Assembly (NCBI GenBank): GCA_028278555.1
Contig: JANQEA010000072.1
Coordinates: 39,195 to 103,194, forward strand
Length of the DNA stretch: 64,000 nt
Origin: Candidatus Bipolaricaulota bacterium
GTDB lineage: Bacteria > Bipolaricaulota > Bipolaricaulia > UBA7950 > UBA9294
Direction of reading: 5' to 3'
In this document: positions 48,074 to 56,973 of the stretch, piece by piece
How positions within the stretch are numbered: the stretch's first letter is position 1
Layout: each line of letters starts with the position of its first letter
Made by a program: the position numbers and the translations under genes
Notes under the pieces: generated by a model
The model's database searches: none
What the model saw: only the letters and a program-made list of their open reading frames with translations
Told to the model about the DNA's origin: nothing

Positions 48074-48274
48074 ATGAGTGGCACCGAACGGAGCAGGATA
48101 CGGCCCGGCTCAGAGGTGCAGATCGTGCAGAAGCAGGATCAACGAACCGGCGTTCTGACCAGAGGAATTGTCAGGGACATCTTGACGAAGTCCGCAACCC
48201 ATCCACATGGAATCAAGGTCCGACTCGAGACCGGTGAGATCGGCCGGGTGAAGGAAATCGTATCGGAGAGCTGA
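48074..48274 (+). CDS. YwbE-family (DUF2196) small protein
   Basis: IRPGSEVQIVQKQDQRTGVLTRGIVRDILTKSATHPHGIKVRLETGEIGRV matches the YwbE pattern. Confidence 0.7.
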   Translation: MSGTERSRIRPGSEVQIVQKQDQRTGVLTRGIVRDILTKSATHPHGIKVRLETGEIGRVKEIVSES

Positions 48275-48282
48275 ACGAAGCG

Positions 48283-49005
48283 ATGCCATTGAACTTCGAA
48301 GAACTCGACTACCAAGAGACGCCGCTGGGGGCGATCAGCCTCAGGCGACGGGCGGACCCACGGCTCGGTGGGGAAATCGTCTACGAAGTTAAGCTCGGCG
48401 ACGAGTATCTGATGTCCAGCTTGTTCACCGTCGGGGAGATCCAGCTCGCCAAGCTCGGGCTCGCCGCTCTTGAAGGTTCGGGTCTGGACATCGTGGTCGG
48501 AGGATTGGGCCTCGGGTATACGGCGAACGCAGCCTTGGAGGCCCGGTCCGTCAGGTCGGTGGTGGTCGTTGAGGTGCTGGAACCTGTCATCGACTGGCAT
48601 CGGCGGGGGCTCGTGCCGCTAGAGAAGAAGCTGGCGTCGGATCCTCGCTGTTCCCTTGTCCACGCCGACTTCTTCGAATGGGTGTCATCCGGAGAGCAGC
48701 ACGGTCTTGAGACGGTCCCATGGCCTGCCCACGCGGTACTGCTCGACATCGACCATTCCCCCAGCCACTGGCTCGCTCCGACGAACAGTACGTTCTACTC
48801 GAAGCGCGGACTTCAGGGCCTGGCCGAGAAGCTCCATCCCGGAGGTGTCTTCGGCATGTGGTCCGATGACCCTCCAGATGCGGGATTCACAGACTTGCTA
48901 CGCGGCGTGTTCCGGTCCTGTGAGCCTCATGTCGTGACGTTCCCCAACCCCTACACTGGCGAGGAGTCGTCCTGCACGATCTATCTGGCTAGCAAGCATA
49001 CGTAG
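48283..49005 (+). CDS. Spermidine-synthase-like class I methyltransferase-fold protein
   Basis: LDIVVGGLGLGYT (motif I-like), VVVVEVLEPVIDW, LLDIDHSP. Confidence 0.5.
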   Translation: MPLNFEELDYQETPLGAISLRRRADPRLGGEIVYEVKLGDEYLMSSLFTVGEIQLAKLGLAALEGSGLDIVVGGLGLGYTANAALEARSVRSVVVVEVLEPVIDWHRRGLVPLEKKLASDPRCSLVHADFFEWVSSGEQHGLETVPWPAHAVLLDIDHSPSHWLAPTNSTFYSKRGLQGLAEKLHPGGVFGMWSDDPPDAGFTDLLRGVFRSCEPHVVTFPNPYTGEESSCTIYLASKHT

Positions 49006-49267
49006 ACACGGACCACAGTCTCGAGGCCAGGCGCAGAGGAGTTCGATCAGCTCGCGGAACGCCTGCTTGCCGCCAGTTCGTGCATCTGCTTGTCTCCCGA
49101 CTCTCGTACTGATGTTGTTCAAGCAGATGGAGACGCGTAGACTCAGACGTAAGGTTGCCGATGTTAACAGGAGAAGCGGCAAGCGATGAGAAAAGCGCCA
49201 GCCGCTGCAAGAGACCGCGGGCTCGAAGATCGAGTGCAAGGTGAGCGTCGTGCAAGGGAGGCGTAGC

Positions 49268-50293
49268 ATGAAACGAAACGGTGATTCCCCGGCAGCCGCT
49301 AGCCCCGTGGGCTGGGCGATCGGCTGGGACTCAGAGGGTACGGCGGCGATTCTGCATACGAGAGACGGCGGTTCGAGCTGGAGTGTCCAGGGGGATACAT
49401 CTCTCTGGACAGGACTCGGAGGAAACGACATCAGCGCCGTCGATCACCAGACGGCTTGGGCAGCGCTCGGAACCGGGGATGGTATTGGCGGCCTCATTGT
49501 CCATACGGAGAACGGCGGTGCCACGTGGGAAATCCAACCTCTGCCGCCGGAGATGCTCAGTGGGGTCAAGGGCATCAAAGGTGTATGCAGGAAAGAGGCG
49601 TGGGCCGTGGGTCTGAGAGGGCCTGTCGTGCGCACTCAAGATGGAGGCAAGTCCTGGAGCGTGGTCGACACAGACGGGATCGCGATGGAGCAGGTGAATC
49701 GCATGGATGTCCTCGGTGATGACATCTGGATCGCCGACAGCAAAGGCGGTGCTGAAGGGATCATTCATTCGTGGGACTCCGGACAAACCTGGCGCCGGGA
49801 GAAGCTGCCCAAGGTGAGGCCGAATTGCGGTCCCATGACGATGAGCATCGTCAACCCTCTGGTGGCCTGGACCAACGTGAATGCTGATGGGAACCTCTAC
49901 CGTACCGTTGATGGCGGCGTGTCCTGGAACATCGACGCGCCGGATGTGTCAGGCGGGAACGACATCGACGACGTTTGCGCGGCCAGCAGAAACGATGTCT
50001 GGGCTGTGCAGAATATCAGCGGCATGTCTGCCGGCCATGTGATGAGGATTCGGCTCACAGGCTCCAAAGTCGACTCGAAGAATTGGAACTTCCCCGACTA
50101 CGTGTACGAAGGTGTGTCTGCATTCGATGAGCTCACGGCGTGGGTCGTCGGCTTCAGATCTGTCGGAGCGCCTTCAAGCCTCCCCGCCGGTTCCATCCTG
50201 CACACCGCCGACGGCGAGACGTGGAAACCCCAGCCTCTGCCCGTCGACGACGTCCGACTCTGGAAGGTCTCTTTCGTCGGAGCACGTCGCTAG
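49268..50293 (+). CDS. BNR/Asp-box repeat beta-propeller protein (Ycf48-like)
   Basis: Six S/T-x-D-G-G-x-S/T-W-type Asp boxes: TRDGGSSWS, TENGGATWE, TQDGGKSWS, SWDSGQTWR, TVDGGVSWN, TADGETWK. ATG 49268 after AGGGAGG. Confidence 0.65.
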   Translation: MKRNGDSPAAASPVGWAIGWDSEGTAAILHTRDGGSSWSVQGDTSLWTGLGGNDISAVDHQTAWAALGTGDGIGGLIVHTENGGATWEIQPLPPEMLSGVKGIKGVCRKEAWAVGLRGPVVRTQDGGKSWSVVDTDGIAMEQVNRMDVLGDDIWIADSKGGAEGIIHSWDSGQTWRREKLPKVRPNCGPMTMSIVNPLVAWTNVNADGNLYRTVDGGVSWNIDAPDVSGGNDIDDVCAASRNDVWAVQNISGMSAGHVMRIRLTGSKVDSKNWNFPDYVYEGVSAFDELTAWVVGFRSVGAPSSLPAGSILHTADGETWKPQPLPVDDVRLWKVSFVGARR

Positions 50294-50625
50294 GCCGATC
50301 CTGGCAGATCCCTCTGAGAGCTGGGCCGCGGGCTCAGCTCTGGCTTGTCACCGGTGAGCACCGAATCCGGACCGGTTTCTCGGTTCCGGGTGTAGCGCTC
50401 GACGTTCACAGAGGCGGTCGGGCGGGACGTAGTCTGGGGGGCACATCCCCGGTTGCGAGTCAACTGGAGTTAGGGATGCGATACGTATCCCTCGGTTATC
50501 TTAGGCGTGCATCGGGAAGGGAGCTGTGGCACCGGCTCCGCAACGGCAATCGATCGCAAGCGGGCAAGTCGAAGGCGAGTCGGGAGCGTTGGCCACCAGA
50601 ACGAAAGGCTGGAGGGAAGAGACAG

Positions 50626-50991
50626 GTGAACAGTACAGAAGAGAACAAGCGCGTTGTGAAACGCTGGCTGGAGGAGGGCTGGAACAAACGAGATGCGGAG
50701 GTATTCTTCGCAGCGCTGGCGGATGATTTCGTGAATCACTGCACTGGGCGCGACCTCGAGAGGATGAGGACCGACCTTCATGCTCAGTTCGAGAAGACGC
50801 ATCCCACCTCGAGAGTGGTTATCGACGAACTGATCGCCGAAGACTGCCGAGTGGCCTTGCGAACGACTCACTTGGAAGACGGCAAGGAGCCGCGTTTGGA
50901 ACTCGTGGTTTGCCACCTGCGGGACGGGAAGATCACGGACGTGTGGAATTGCTTCGGGTCGACCACCCCATCGGAATCTCGACGATCGTGA
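50626..50991 (+). CDS. SnoaL-like / ester-cyclase (NTF2-fold) protein
   Basis: GTG 50626 after GGAGGG. ENKRVVKRWLEEGWNKRD...DFVNH...GKITDVW. Confidence 0.55.
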   Translation: MNSTEENKRVVKRWLEEGWNKRDAEVFFAALADDFVNHCTGRDLERMRTDLHAQFEKTHPTSRVVIDELIAEDCRVALRTTHLEDGKEPRLELVVCHLRDGKITDVWNCFGSTTPSESRRS

Positions 50992-51061
50992 TGCGCCGTG
51001 AAGCTGCTCCATGGGCCGACAGTGCGGCAGACAAGTGTTGGTATAAGGAGAGAGCGCGAAG

Positions 51062-51385
51062 ATGAGAATCATCCGGGAGAAGGATACGGCAGGCCGGCAT
51101 TGGCAATGCTCCGGCGGCGAGGGGATGATGAAACGGATCGTCGATGATCCGGAAGTCAAGATTGGGACAAGCGTTATCGCGCCGAACTCACGGGTCCCCG
51201 ACGAGCCGCATGTGCACAGCAAGCACGAGATGCTGTTTGTGAGAGAAGGCCATGTCGAGGTGCACGTTGGGCAGGAAGCAAGAAGTGCGGGACCTGGGGA
51301 TTCCATCCTCTTCGAGCCCTATGAAGGGCATACGCTCACAACGGGGCACGAAGAGGTCAGCCTTTTCGAAGTCTTCTGGAAATGA
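51062..51385 (+). CDS. Cupin-domain protein
   Basis: PHVHSKHEMLFVREGHVEVHVG...PGDSILFEPYEGH (cupin motifs 1 and 2). Confidence 0.6.
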   Translation: MRIIREKDTAGRHWQCSGGEGMMKRIVDDPEVKIGTSVIAPNSRVPDEPHVHSKHEMLFVREGHVEVHVGQEARSAGPGDSILFEPYEGHTLTTGHEEVSLFEVFWK

Positions 51386-51621
51386 GCCGTGCAGAGAGAA
51401 GCTGCCCGGTGAGTGAGGGAGAAGCTCAGCCGAAAGCGAGTCCCACGGAAGGGAACGATGGTGCACCGGCACGATGCTCCTTGTGGGTTGCAATGTGGTG
51501 CTTGTGGAACCGTGCTGGCGGACAACAGCGTGTCGATTGAGGCTCTCGGAAGGAATGGAGCATGGAACCCGACCAGCTTGGCGTTCGCGGGGAGGCATGC
51601 GTGGATCATTCGGTGGAGAGA

Positions 51622-52035
51622 ATGAAGAATGAAGACGCAAGATTGATCGAAGCAGCACAAGCCGTGTGGGGTGGCTTTCGCTTGCACGAGGACTTCTCCG
51701 CAGGAACCGTAGGCGCAGCGATCCGAACCGCAGCCGGGAATATCTATACGGGCATCTGCATCGACCTCGCCTGCGGTCTAGGATTCTGCGCCGAAGCGGC
51801 CGCAATCGCGGAAATGCTTAAACAACGAGAGTCGCACATTGCAGCCGTTGTCGCAGTTGGAGCAGACGGTGTTCTGGGCGCGCCCTGCGGCCGCTGCCGC
51901 GAGATGATCGCCCAAGTTGACAGGCGGAACCTCTGCTGCCGAGTTCTCCTGCCGAATGGGAAGGAGACGACATTGGCCGCATTGCTGCCCGATCACTGGC
52001 TTGAACCAGGAACCCCGAAACAGGCAGTTGAATGA
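51622..52035 (+). CDS. Cytidine-deaminase-fold protein, blasticidin-S-deaminase-like
   Basis: CAE...PCGRCRE zinc site (GFCAEAAAI / APCGRCREMI). About 137 aa, with overall colinearity to fungal BSD as I recall it. ATG 51622 after GGTGGAGAG. Confidence 0.6.
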   Translation: MKNEDARLIEAAQAVWGGFRLHEDFSAGTVGAAIRTAAGNIYTGICIDLACGLGFCAEAAAIAEMLKQRESHIAAVVAVGADGVLGAPCGRCREMIAQVDRRNLCCRVLLPNGKETTLAALLPDHWLEPGTPKQAVE

Positions 52036-52112
52036 CACTGTAGACATCCAACGGTCCGAACGGCGGCAGGTTGCCCGCGCGGCACATCTTCCGGAGTAGG
52101 ACCGCTGATGGC

Positions 52113-52562
52113 TCAGCCCGACAGCAAATCCGGGTGGCTCTTGGCGAGCCAACGCCGGATGGTCTTGGAGATTCGCTCGGCGAGTGCTCTCGTTTCAGTG
52201 GCCAGATTGTCGGAGACTTCGCCGATTCGGATGTAGTCCGCTGTGTTGCGCTTCTTCTGGATCGCCTCAATCTGCAACACAGTCCCGGAGTCCAGCCCTA
52301 CGGTATGCCGAAGCGATTGGATCACGTAATAGTGGTGGCTCCGGGTACTCTTCGACACGCGGTAGCCGGAGGCATGGAGGGCGGCGCGGGCCGCAGAGAG
52401 AATCGCGCCGTAGCAGCAGCCGAGCTTCCGTTCGGGGCTCAGCTCGGGGATCGCCGCATCGCGCAGATCCGTCTCGACGACGTTGAGCAGATCGGAGATC
52501 TCCTGATGTGTCGGCTGGTGGGGCGAAATCAGGTCGTTCTCACGCCACGCTTCGAGAGTCAT
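52113..52562 (-). CDS. HEPN-like protein, putative toxin partner of the adjacent nucleotidyltransferase
   Basis: 149-aa helical protein whose start overlaps the NTase gene end by 23 nt. KKRNTADYIRIG sits where HEPN carries Rx4-6H, with D/Y in place of H. Confidence 0.45.
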   Translation of the reverse strand: MTLEAWRENDLISPHQPTHQEISDLLNVVETDLRDAAIPELSPERKLGCCYGAILSAARAALHASGYRVSKSTRSHHYYVIQSLRHTVGLDSGTVLQIEAIQKKRNTADYIRIGEVSDNLATETRALAERISKTIRRWLAKSHPDLLSG

Positions 52563-53148
52563 CCTCTTCTCCGATCAGCTCGATCTTCGGGTCTTCCTCG
52601 ACCCTCGTCAGGAAATGCTCCTTGTCCGCTAGCCGCTTGGCGTACTCGGCGGCGGTGAAGACGGTCGGGTTGATCTCTCGCCCGAGTGTCTCTTGCAGCG
52701 GAGAGACTGTGCTGACCACATCGAAGAACGAGACGTCGCCGATGACCATCAGATCGATGTCACTCTCGGAGCGCTCGTCGCCGCGAGCGACCGACCCATA
52801 GAGGAACGCTCGGTCGATGGAGTCGCCAAGCGGCAGGAGGGCCGTCTGAATGAGCCCGGCGACGCCGGCCGTCTTCTGGACGAGCGCGCGCAGCTCCTCG
52901 AAGACCGGGGTGGCGCGGTTCGCTTGGAAGTAGGCGAGATTCCCCTCGCGGGTCTTCACGAGGATACCGGCGCGGACGAGGCGGGCGAGTTCCCGCTGGA
53001 CCGCGCCTTGCCCGGCGCTGAGGAGGCGGATGATCTGACGAAGATAGAGCTTCCGTTCCGGCTGGGTGAGCAAGAGAGACAGAATGGCCAGCCGCGTTTG
53101 GCCAAGGAGCAATGCCCCGAGGGTCGATGCCAGCCTGACTGCACTCAT
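52540..53148 (-). CDS. Winged-helix + minimal nucleotidyltransferase (MNT-type antitoxin-like) protein
   Basis: wHTH LAILSLLLTQPERKLYLRQIIRLLSAGQGAVQRELARLVRAGIL, then the NTase motif LYGSVARGDERSESDIDLMVIG. ATG 53148 (alternative TTG 53187). Confidence 0.75.
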   Translation of the reverse strand: MSAVRLASTLGALLLGQTRLAILSLLLTQPERKLYLRQIIRLLSAGQGAVQRELARLVRAGILVKTREGNLAYFQANRATPVFEELRALVQKTAGVAGLIQTALLPLGDSIDRAFLYGSVARGDERSESDIDLMVIGDVSFFDVVSTVSPLQETLGREINPTVFTAAEYAKRLADKEHFLTRVEEDPKIELIGEEDDSRSVA

Positions 53149-53227
53149 TACGGGTACGTTTGTACCCTGAAGAGGTACGGATGTCAAGCCACAGCCCAGC
53201 CTGCTTCAGCCTCGCGTGAATCCTTGC

Positions 53228-54511
53228 CTAGTAGTCTTCGAACAAATCGTGGGTCGGCCAACGGGTGACGCCTTCGACGGCATCCCACATCGCCCAGTCA
53301 AGCTCGAGGCTGAAGTCATCGAAGTTGCGTGGCCGGTAGTTCGCGACGGCGAACCACGACAGGCCGTTTGATGCGCGGACGAGAAGGGATGTGGTCCCAT
53401 CGAGCGACCCGCTGTGCCACCAGTTCCCCCACTTGTTGACATCCCACCCGAGCGCGTACCAGAAGTCGGTTCCGCGCCAGTCCGACAGGCTCGGGCGTCG
53501 GGTCATCCGCTCGATCGACGACGACTTCAGGATGTCCGATGGGTTCGAGCGACCGTCGACGTGCGTGACGAAACGCATCATGTCGATTGCCGAGGCGATC
53601 CAGCCGCCGTGAGAATCCATCGCCTCCACGTAGAAGCCACCGTCCGGCCAGGCGACGGTCCCACCGCCCGGGAAGACCGATTGGGTTCTCCCGCCGGGGA
53701 GCCCGTAGTAGAGCACTTCGCCGCTCGCTCGCTGGGTGAGCTTGGTATGGCCGATCTGCATGCGTGTGATCCCCATCGGGCGGAGAATGCTCGACTTCAC
53801 GTAGCTTTCGTAGCTGCTTCCGGTGATCGCCTCGATGACACGCCCGAGGGCGTTGTAGCCGAGGTTCGAGTAGGCGAAGCGCGAACCGGGGGCGAAGTTC
53901 AGGCGCTCACCCATCATGTAGCGGATGATCGCCTCCGCGTCGGCCGGACGTGATGTACCGAGTGCTTCCGCAGCCGTCCGATGCAGGTCGAACATCGGGT
54001 CATACCCGAGCCGGTCGATGTCCCACCCTGCGGCGTGCGTCAGAAGATGCTCGATCGTGATGTCGCCGAGCCGTGAATCGGGACTCGCCCCGGTCGGCGG
54101 CTCGAGATCGTCGAGGATCTCGAAGGCCTTGTCAGAGAGGCTCAGCTTCCCCTGTTCGGCCAGCTTGAGGATTGCCACGGCCGTGATCGGTTTCGAGACG
54201 CTGGCGATCCGGAAGAGAGAGTCGGGCTGGACGGCCTTCTTTCTCGCCTCGTCGGCGTAGCCGTACCCGCGAGCGAAGACGAGACGGCCGTCCTTCACGA
54301 TCGCTACGGCCATGCCCGGGACGTTCCAGTCGTCCATGAAATCCTGGATCACGGTATCGACGCTCGCCATGCCACTGACGGCTTGCCCAGTCATCGGGAT
54401 GTCGGCCAACGCAAGAGTGCCAAGGCCTAGAATGCACACCACTGAGACGATGCCGATCTTTGCCCTTCGATTTCCGCGGCTACCCACTGCGTACCTCCTC
54501 CTGATGAACAC
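53228..54511 (-). CDS. Serine hydrolase, beta-lactamase/PBP4*-family (secreted)
   Basis: SxxK in FRIASVSKPITAVA, YxN in AYSNLGYN. N-terminal anchor or signal. Confidence 0.8.
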   Translation of the reverse strand: MFIRRRYAVGSRGNRRAKIGIVSVVCILGLGTLALADIPMTGQAVSGMASVDTVIQDFMDDWNVPGMAVAIVKDGRLVFARGYGYADEARKKAVQPDSLFRIASVSKPITAVAILKLAEQGKLSLSDKAFEILDDLEPPTGASPDSRLGDITIEHLLTHAAGWDIDRLGYDPMFDLHRTAAEALGTSRPADAEAIIRYMMGERLNFAPGSRFAYSNLGYNALGRVIEAITGSSYESYVKSSILRPMGITRMQIGHTKLTQRASGEVLYYGLPGGRTQSVFPGGGTVAWPDGGFYVEAMDSHGGWIASAIDMMRFVTHVDGRSNPSDILKSSSIERMTRRPSLSDWRGTDFWYALGWDVNKWGNWWHSGSLDGTTSLLVRASNGLSWFAVANYRPRNFDDFSLELDWAMWDAVEGVTRWPTHDLFEDY

Positions 54512-54664
54512 GAGTTCCTGCGCCTGAACGAGTCTCCTATTTCTGGTGGTTGTGTGTCAAGAACAGGGAACTCAGGTGCAAGGCAGAGGGTGTTGCCAGC
54601 TGATGGCAACGAAGCTTGTACGACGTGGCGACGAATGAAGAATCGAAACCGGTGACGAAGCGCT

Positions 54665-54775
54665 CTACTCCTCGGACTCGGCCGAATCCGCGCAGAGCGT
54701 CGACCAATCGATCTCTGAGCTTGGGATGACTGCAATGCCGCGCGCCGCCCAACGCGCGTTGTATTCGTTCGGTTG
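54665..54775 (-). pseudogene. Truncated duplicate of the 3' end of the isochorismatase-family gene
   Basis: Minus-sense translation ...EYNARWAARGIAVIPSSEIDWSTLCADSAESEE-stop, against the intact gene ...EYNARWTARGIAVIPSSEIDWSTLCAATAGTEE-stop. About 84 nt are near-identical (54688-54771 vs 55484-55567). Confidence 0.75.
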
Positions 54776-55019
54776 ACCTAGTCGCCGCCAAGCCATAGAA
54801 TTTCATGAATGGCAATGGGCACACTGGGATGATATGAAGATTTCTGTAAAACCTCGCTTGCGGAGAACTCTCGCTTCCTTCAGCCCCCCATCGATCGAAC
54901 TCCTCGTGTAGATGCAGAGCATGACATGCTCAAAGGAGGTGGTCAGCAAGATCAGCTGATATGCGTGGAAGTGGATCGCAAGATCCGCCGTGAAGGGAGC
55001 TGCGAATAGGAGGAAACGC

Positions 55020-55358
55020 ATGTCTGTTGTAGGGAAATGGACGCTCTTTTACGACTGGAACTGCGATGAAAGCTACAGTTCGACGTCGATGGATGTCAAG
55101 GCGGACGGAACGTGGACCAATGGCGAGGGCTTCAGTGGTCTGTGGGTCCATGTGGCCGGCATGTTCATGTTCCACTTCAACAACTATGAGACGACATACG
55201 CCGGCAATCACGCCAGCCTATCGATCACCGGGATCATGACCACGTTCAGTGGGAAGAGCTCTCTGACGGGTTGCTTCTACATGCTGAAGTCGGGCGTGCG
55301 GACGACCTTCGCCGACGAGCGCGACATGAAGAAGGCAAACTCTCTGGGCGAGCAGTAG
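55020..55358 (+). CDS. Hypothetical protein
   Basis: ATG 55020 after AGGAGG. 112 aa, Trp/Gly/Thr-rich and beta-looking (GKWTLFYDWNCD...DGTWTNGEGFSGLW). No recognised family. Confidence 0.45.
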   Translation: MSVVGKWTLFYDWNCDESYSSTSMDVKADGTWTNGEGFSGLWVHVAGMFMFHFNNYETTYAGNHASLSITGIMTTFSGKSSLTGCFYMLKSGVRTTFADERDMKKANSLGEQ

Positions 55359-55460
55359 TCGGAGTCCGCAGAGCTGAGACGTGCCGCACTAGCACTACGC
55401 TCAAAATGAGCGAGCAGCATTTCAGGGCCGGACAGTCACCGACCAGCTGTCCGGCCTTCT

Positions 55461-56084
55461 TCATTCCTCAGTGCCCGCCGTTGCCGCGCAGAGCGTCGAC
55501 CAGTCGATCTCCGAGCTTGGGATGACCGCAATGCCGCGCGCCGTCCAACGCGCGTTGTATTCGATTGCGTTCTCTCCCTTCCAGAAGCCGGTGTGCCCGT
55601 CTTCGATAACGATGACGTCGTAGTTCCTCCGCTTGGCGCCGTAGACGGTCGCGTCGACGCAGCCGTGAGAGGCGAGTCCGGAGATCAGGACTCGGGTGAT
55701 CCCTGCCTCCTCGAGCTGCTCGACGAGGTCGGTGAATGCGAACGCGTCGGGGTTCTTCTTCGTGACGACAAGGTCGCCTGCCTGCGGGGCGATGGCGTCC
55801 GGGAAGGCGAGCTCCTCTTCGGTGGCGGAGCCCCTGAGCGAGATGTCTTGGATGTAGATGACGGGAAGTCCGGCCGCTCGAGCGACCTCGAGGAGCGCGA
55901 CGATCTTGTCGATGATGTATGTCCCGTCGGCCGTCGTATGCCATACTTCGTTGTTCGCCCATCGGTTCTGCACGTCGATGACGAGCAGCGCCGTGGTGCA
56001 GGCTGGGTCTGCTTCTGCCGCGGAGAGGATCGTGGGGCAGCAAAGGAGCGCAACGACGAGGAGACCGATCAGTCGGATTCGCAC
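55461..56084 (-). CDS. Isochorismatase-family cysteine hydrolase (with signal peptide)
   Basis: ALLVIDVQN..., ...VVTKKNPDAF..., ISGLASHGCVDATV (catalytic Cys context). Confidence 0.8.
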   Translation of the reverse strand: MRIRLIGLLVVALLCCPTILSAAEADPACTTALLVIDVQNRWANNEVWHTTADGTYIIDKIVALLEVARAAGLPVIYIQDISLRGSATEEELAFPDAIAPQAGDLVVTKKNPDAFAFTDLVEQLEEAGITRVLISGLASHGCVDATVYGAKRRNYDVIVIEDGHTGFWKGENAIEYNARWTARGIAVIPSSEIDWSTLCAATAGTEE

Positions 56085-56444
56085 GGGTTCCTCCTTAGGG
56101 TTCCCTTACATGCGGCTGTGAATCTGCCAATCCGTCGGCACGATGATAGCCGAAGGATGTCTCGCCTGCGCGGCAGGCAGATCGCTTTCACGCGGGATTT
56201 CCAGCGCCTCCCGAGGCCTTTCGGGAACAACCGCGCGGGCGAGGTGTAGGCTACACGCACACCGGAAACCCTCCCGCCAGCCGAGGCCCAGACCCTCCGG
56301 GATCTGGGCCTCCCTCTTCGTACGAGACGGAGTCAAGGAGCGGTACTGCTCGAAGGATCTCGCGGACATACGTCTCCCGGCAAGGCCGCGGAGGTGATGT
56401 TCGTTACAGAAGCGGCTGCGTACCCTCTCGCCGAGGAGGGAGAC

Positions 56445-56630
56445 ATGCAAATCACATCGGATGGAGTCCCTCTGGCGGACTGGGTACGGACGCACTTCGG
56501 GATCGAAGACGAGGATGAGTTGAACGCGCTCCTCGGTGACCCCGGGCAGATCCTCGCGCTGCTCGACGTGGCGCGAGCGGAGCACGACGAAGCAGAGAGC
56601 GTGAAGTCCCTATCGATGCCGCACGTCTAG
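56445..56630 (+). CDS. Small acidic hypothetical protein
   Basis: ATG 56445 after a strong GAGGAGGG. 61 aa: MQITSDGVPLADWVRTHFGIEDEDELNALLGD... Coding status is uncertain. Confidence 0.35.
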   Translation: MQITSDGVPLADWVRTHFGIEDEDELNALLGDPGQILALLDVARAEHDEAESVKSLSMPHV

Positions 56631-56973
56631 CAATGAAGTGCAGCTAGACAGGACTGAGCTCGGGCTCCGGTCTACGTGCTGTCTGCGAAAAGGCCGTGCG
56701 GAGGATCCCAGCGTCCGACTCGCGATCTCCCAACGCGGGGACACCCGCGGCTCGATGCACGAGGCCGCAATCGCACGACTCGAAATCGCTCGTCCCGTTC
56801 TTCGAGCTCGATTGGCGTTGCAGTTGTTCGCGGACTCTCTGAACCGCCCGCCACGTCACGTTTGGGTTTTGAATCGCCCATCGTCTCACCACCCCGAGCG
56901 AACGTAACGAAAACCGTCGGAACCTGTCAAGTACAGATGTCGTCGAGCGAAGTGCGCGATTCCGGAGACAGCG

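Noticed and set aside
56106-56585. 159-aa minus-strand ORF downstream of the isochorismatase gene region
   Set aside because: It has Arg-rich, motif-free composition and no RBS. It overlaps the better-supported small plus-strand ORF with a strong GAGGAGGG site. It is probably non-coding.
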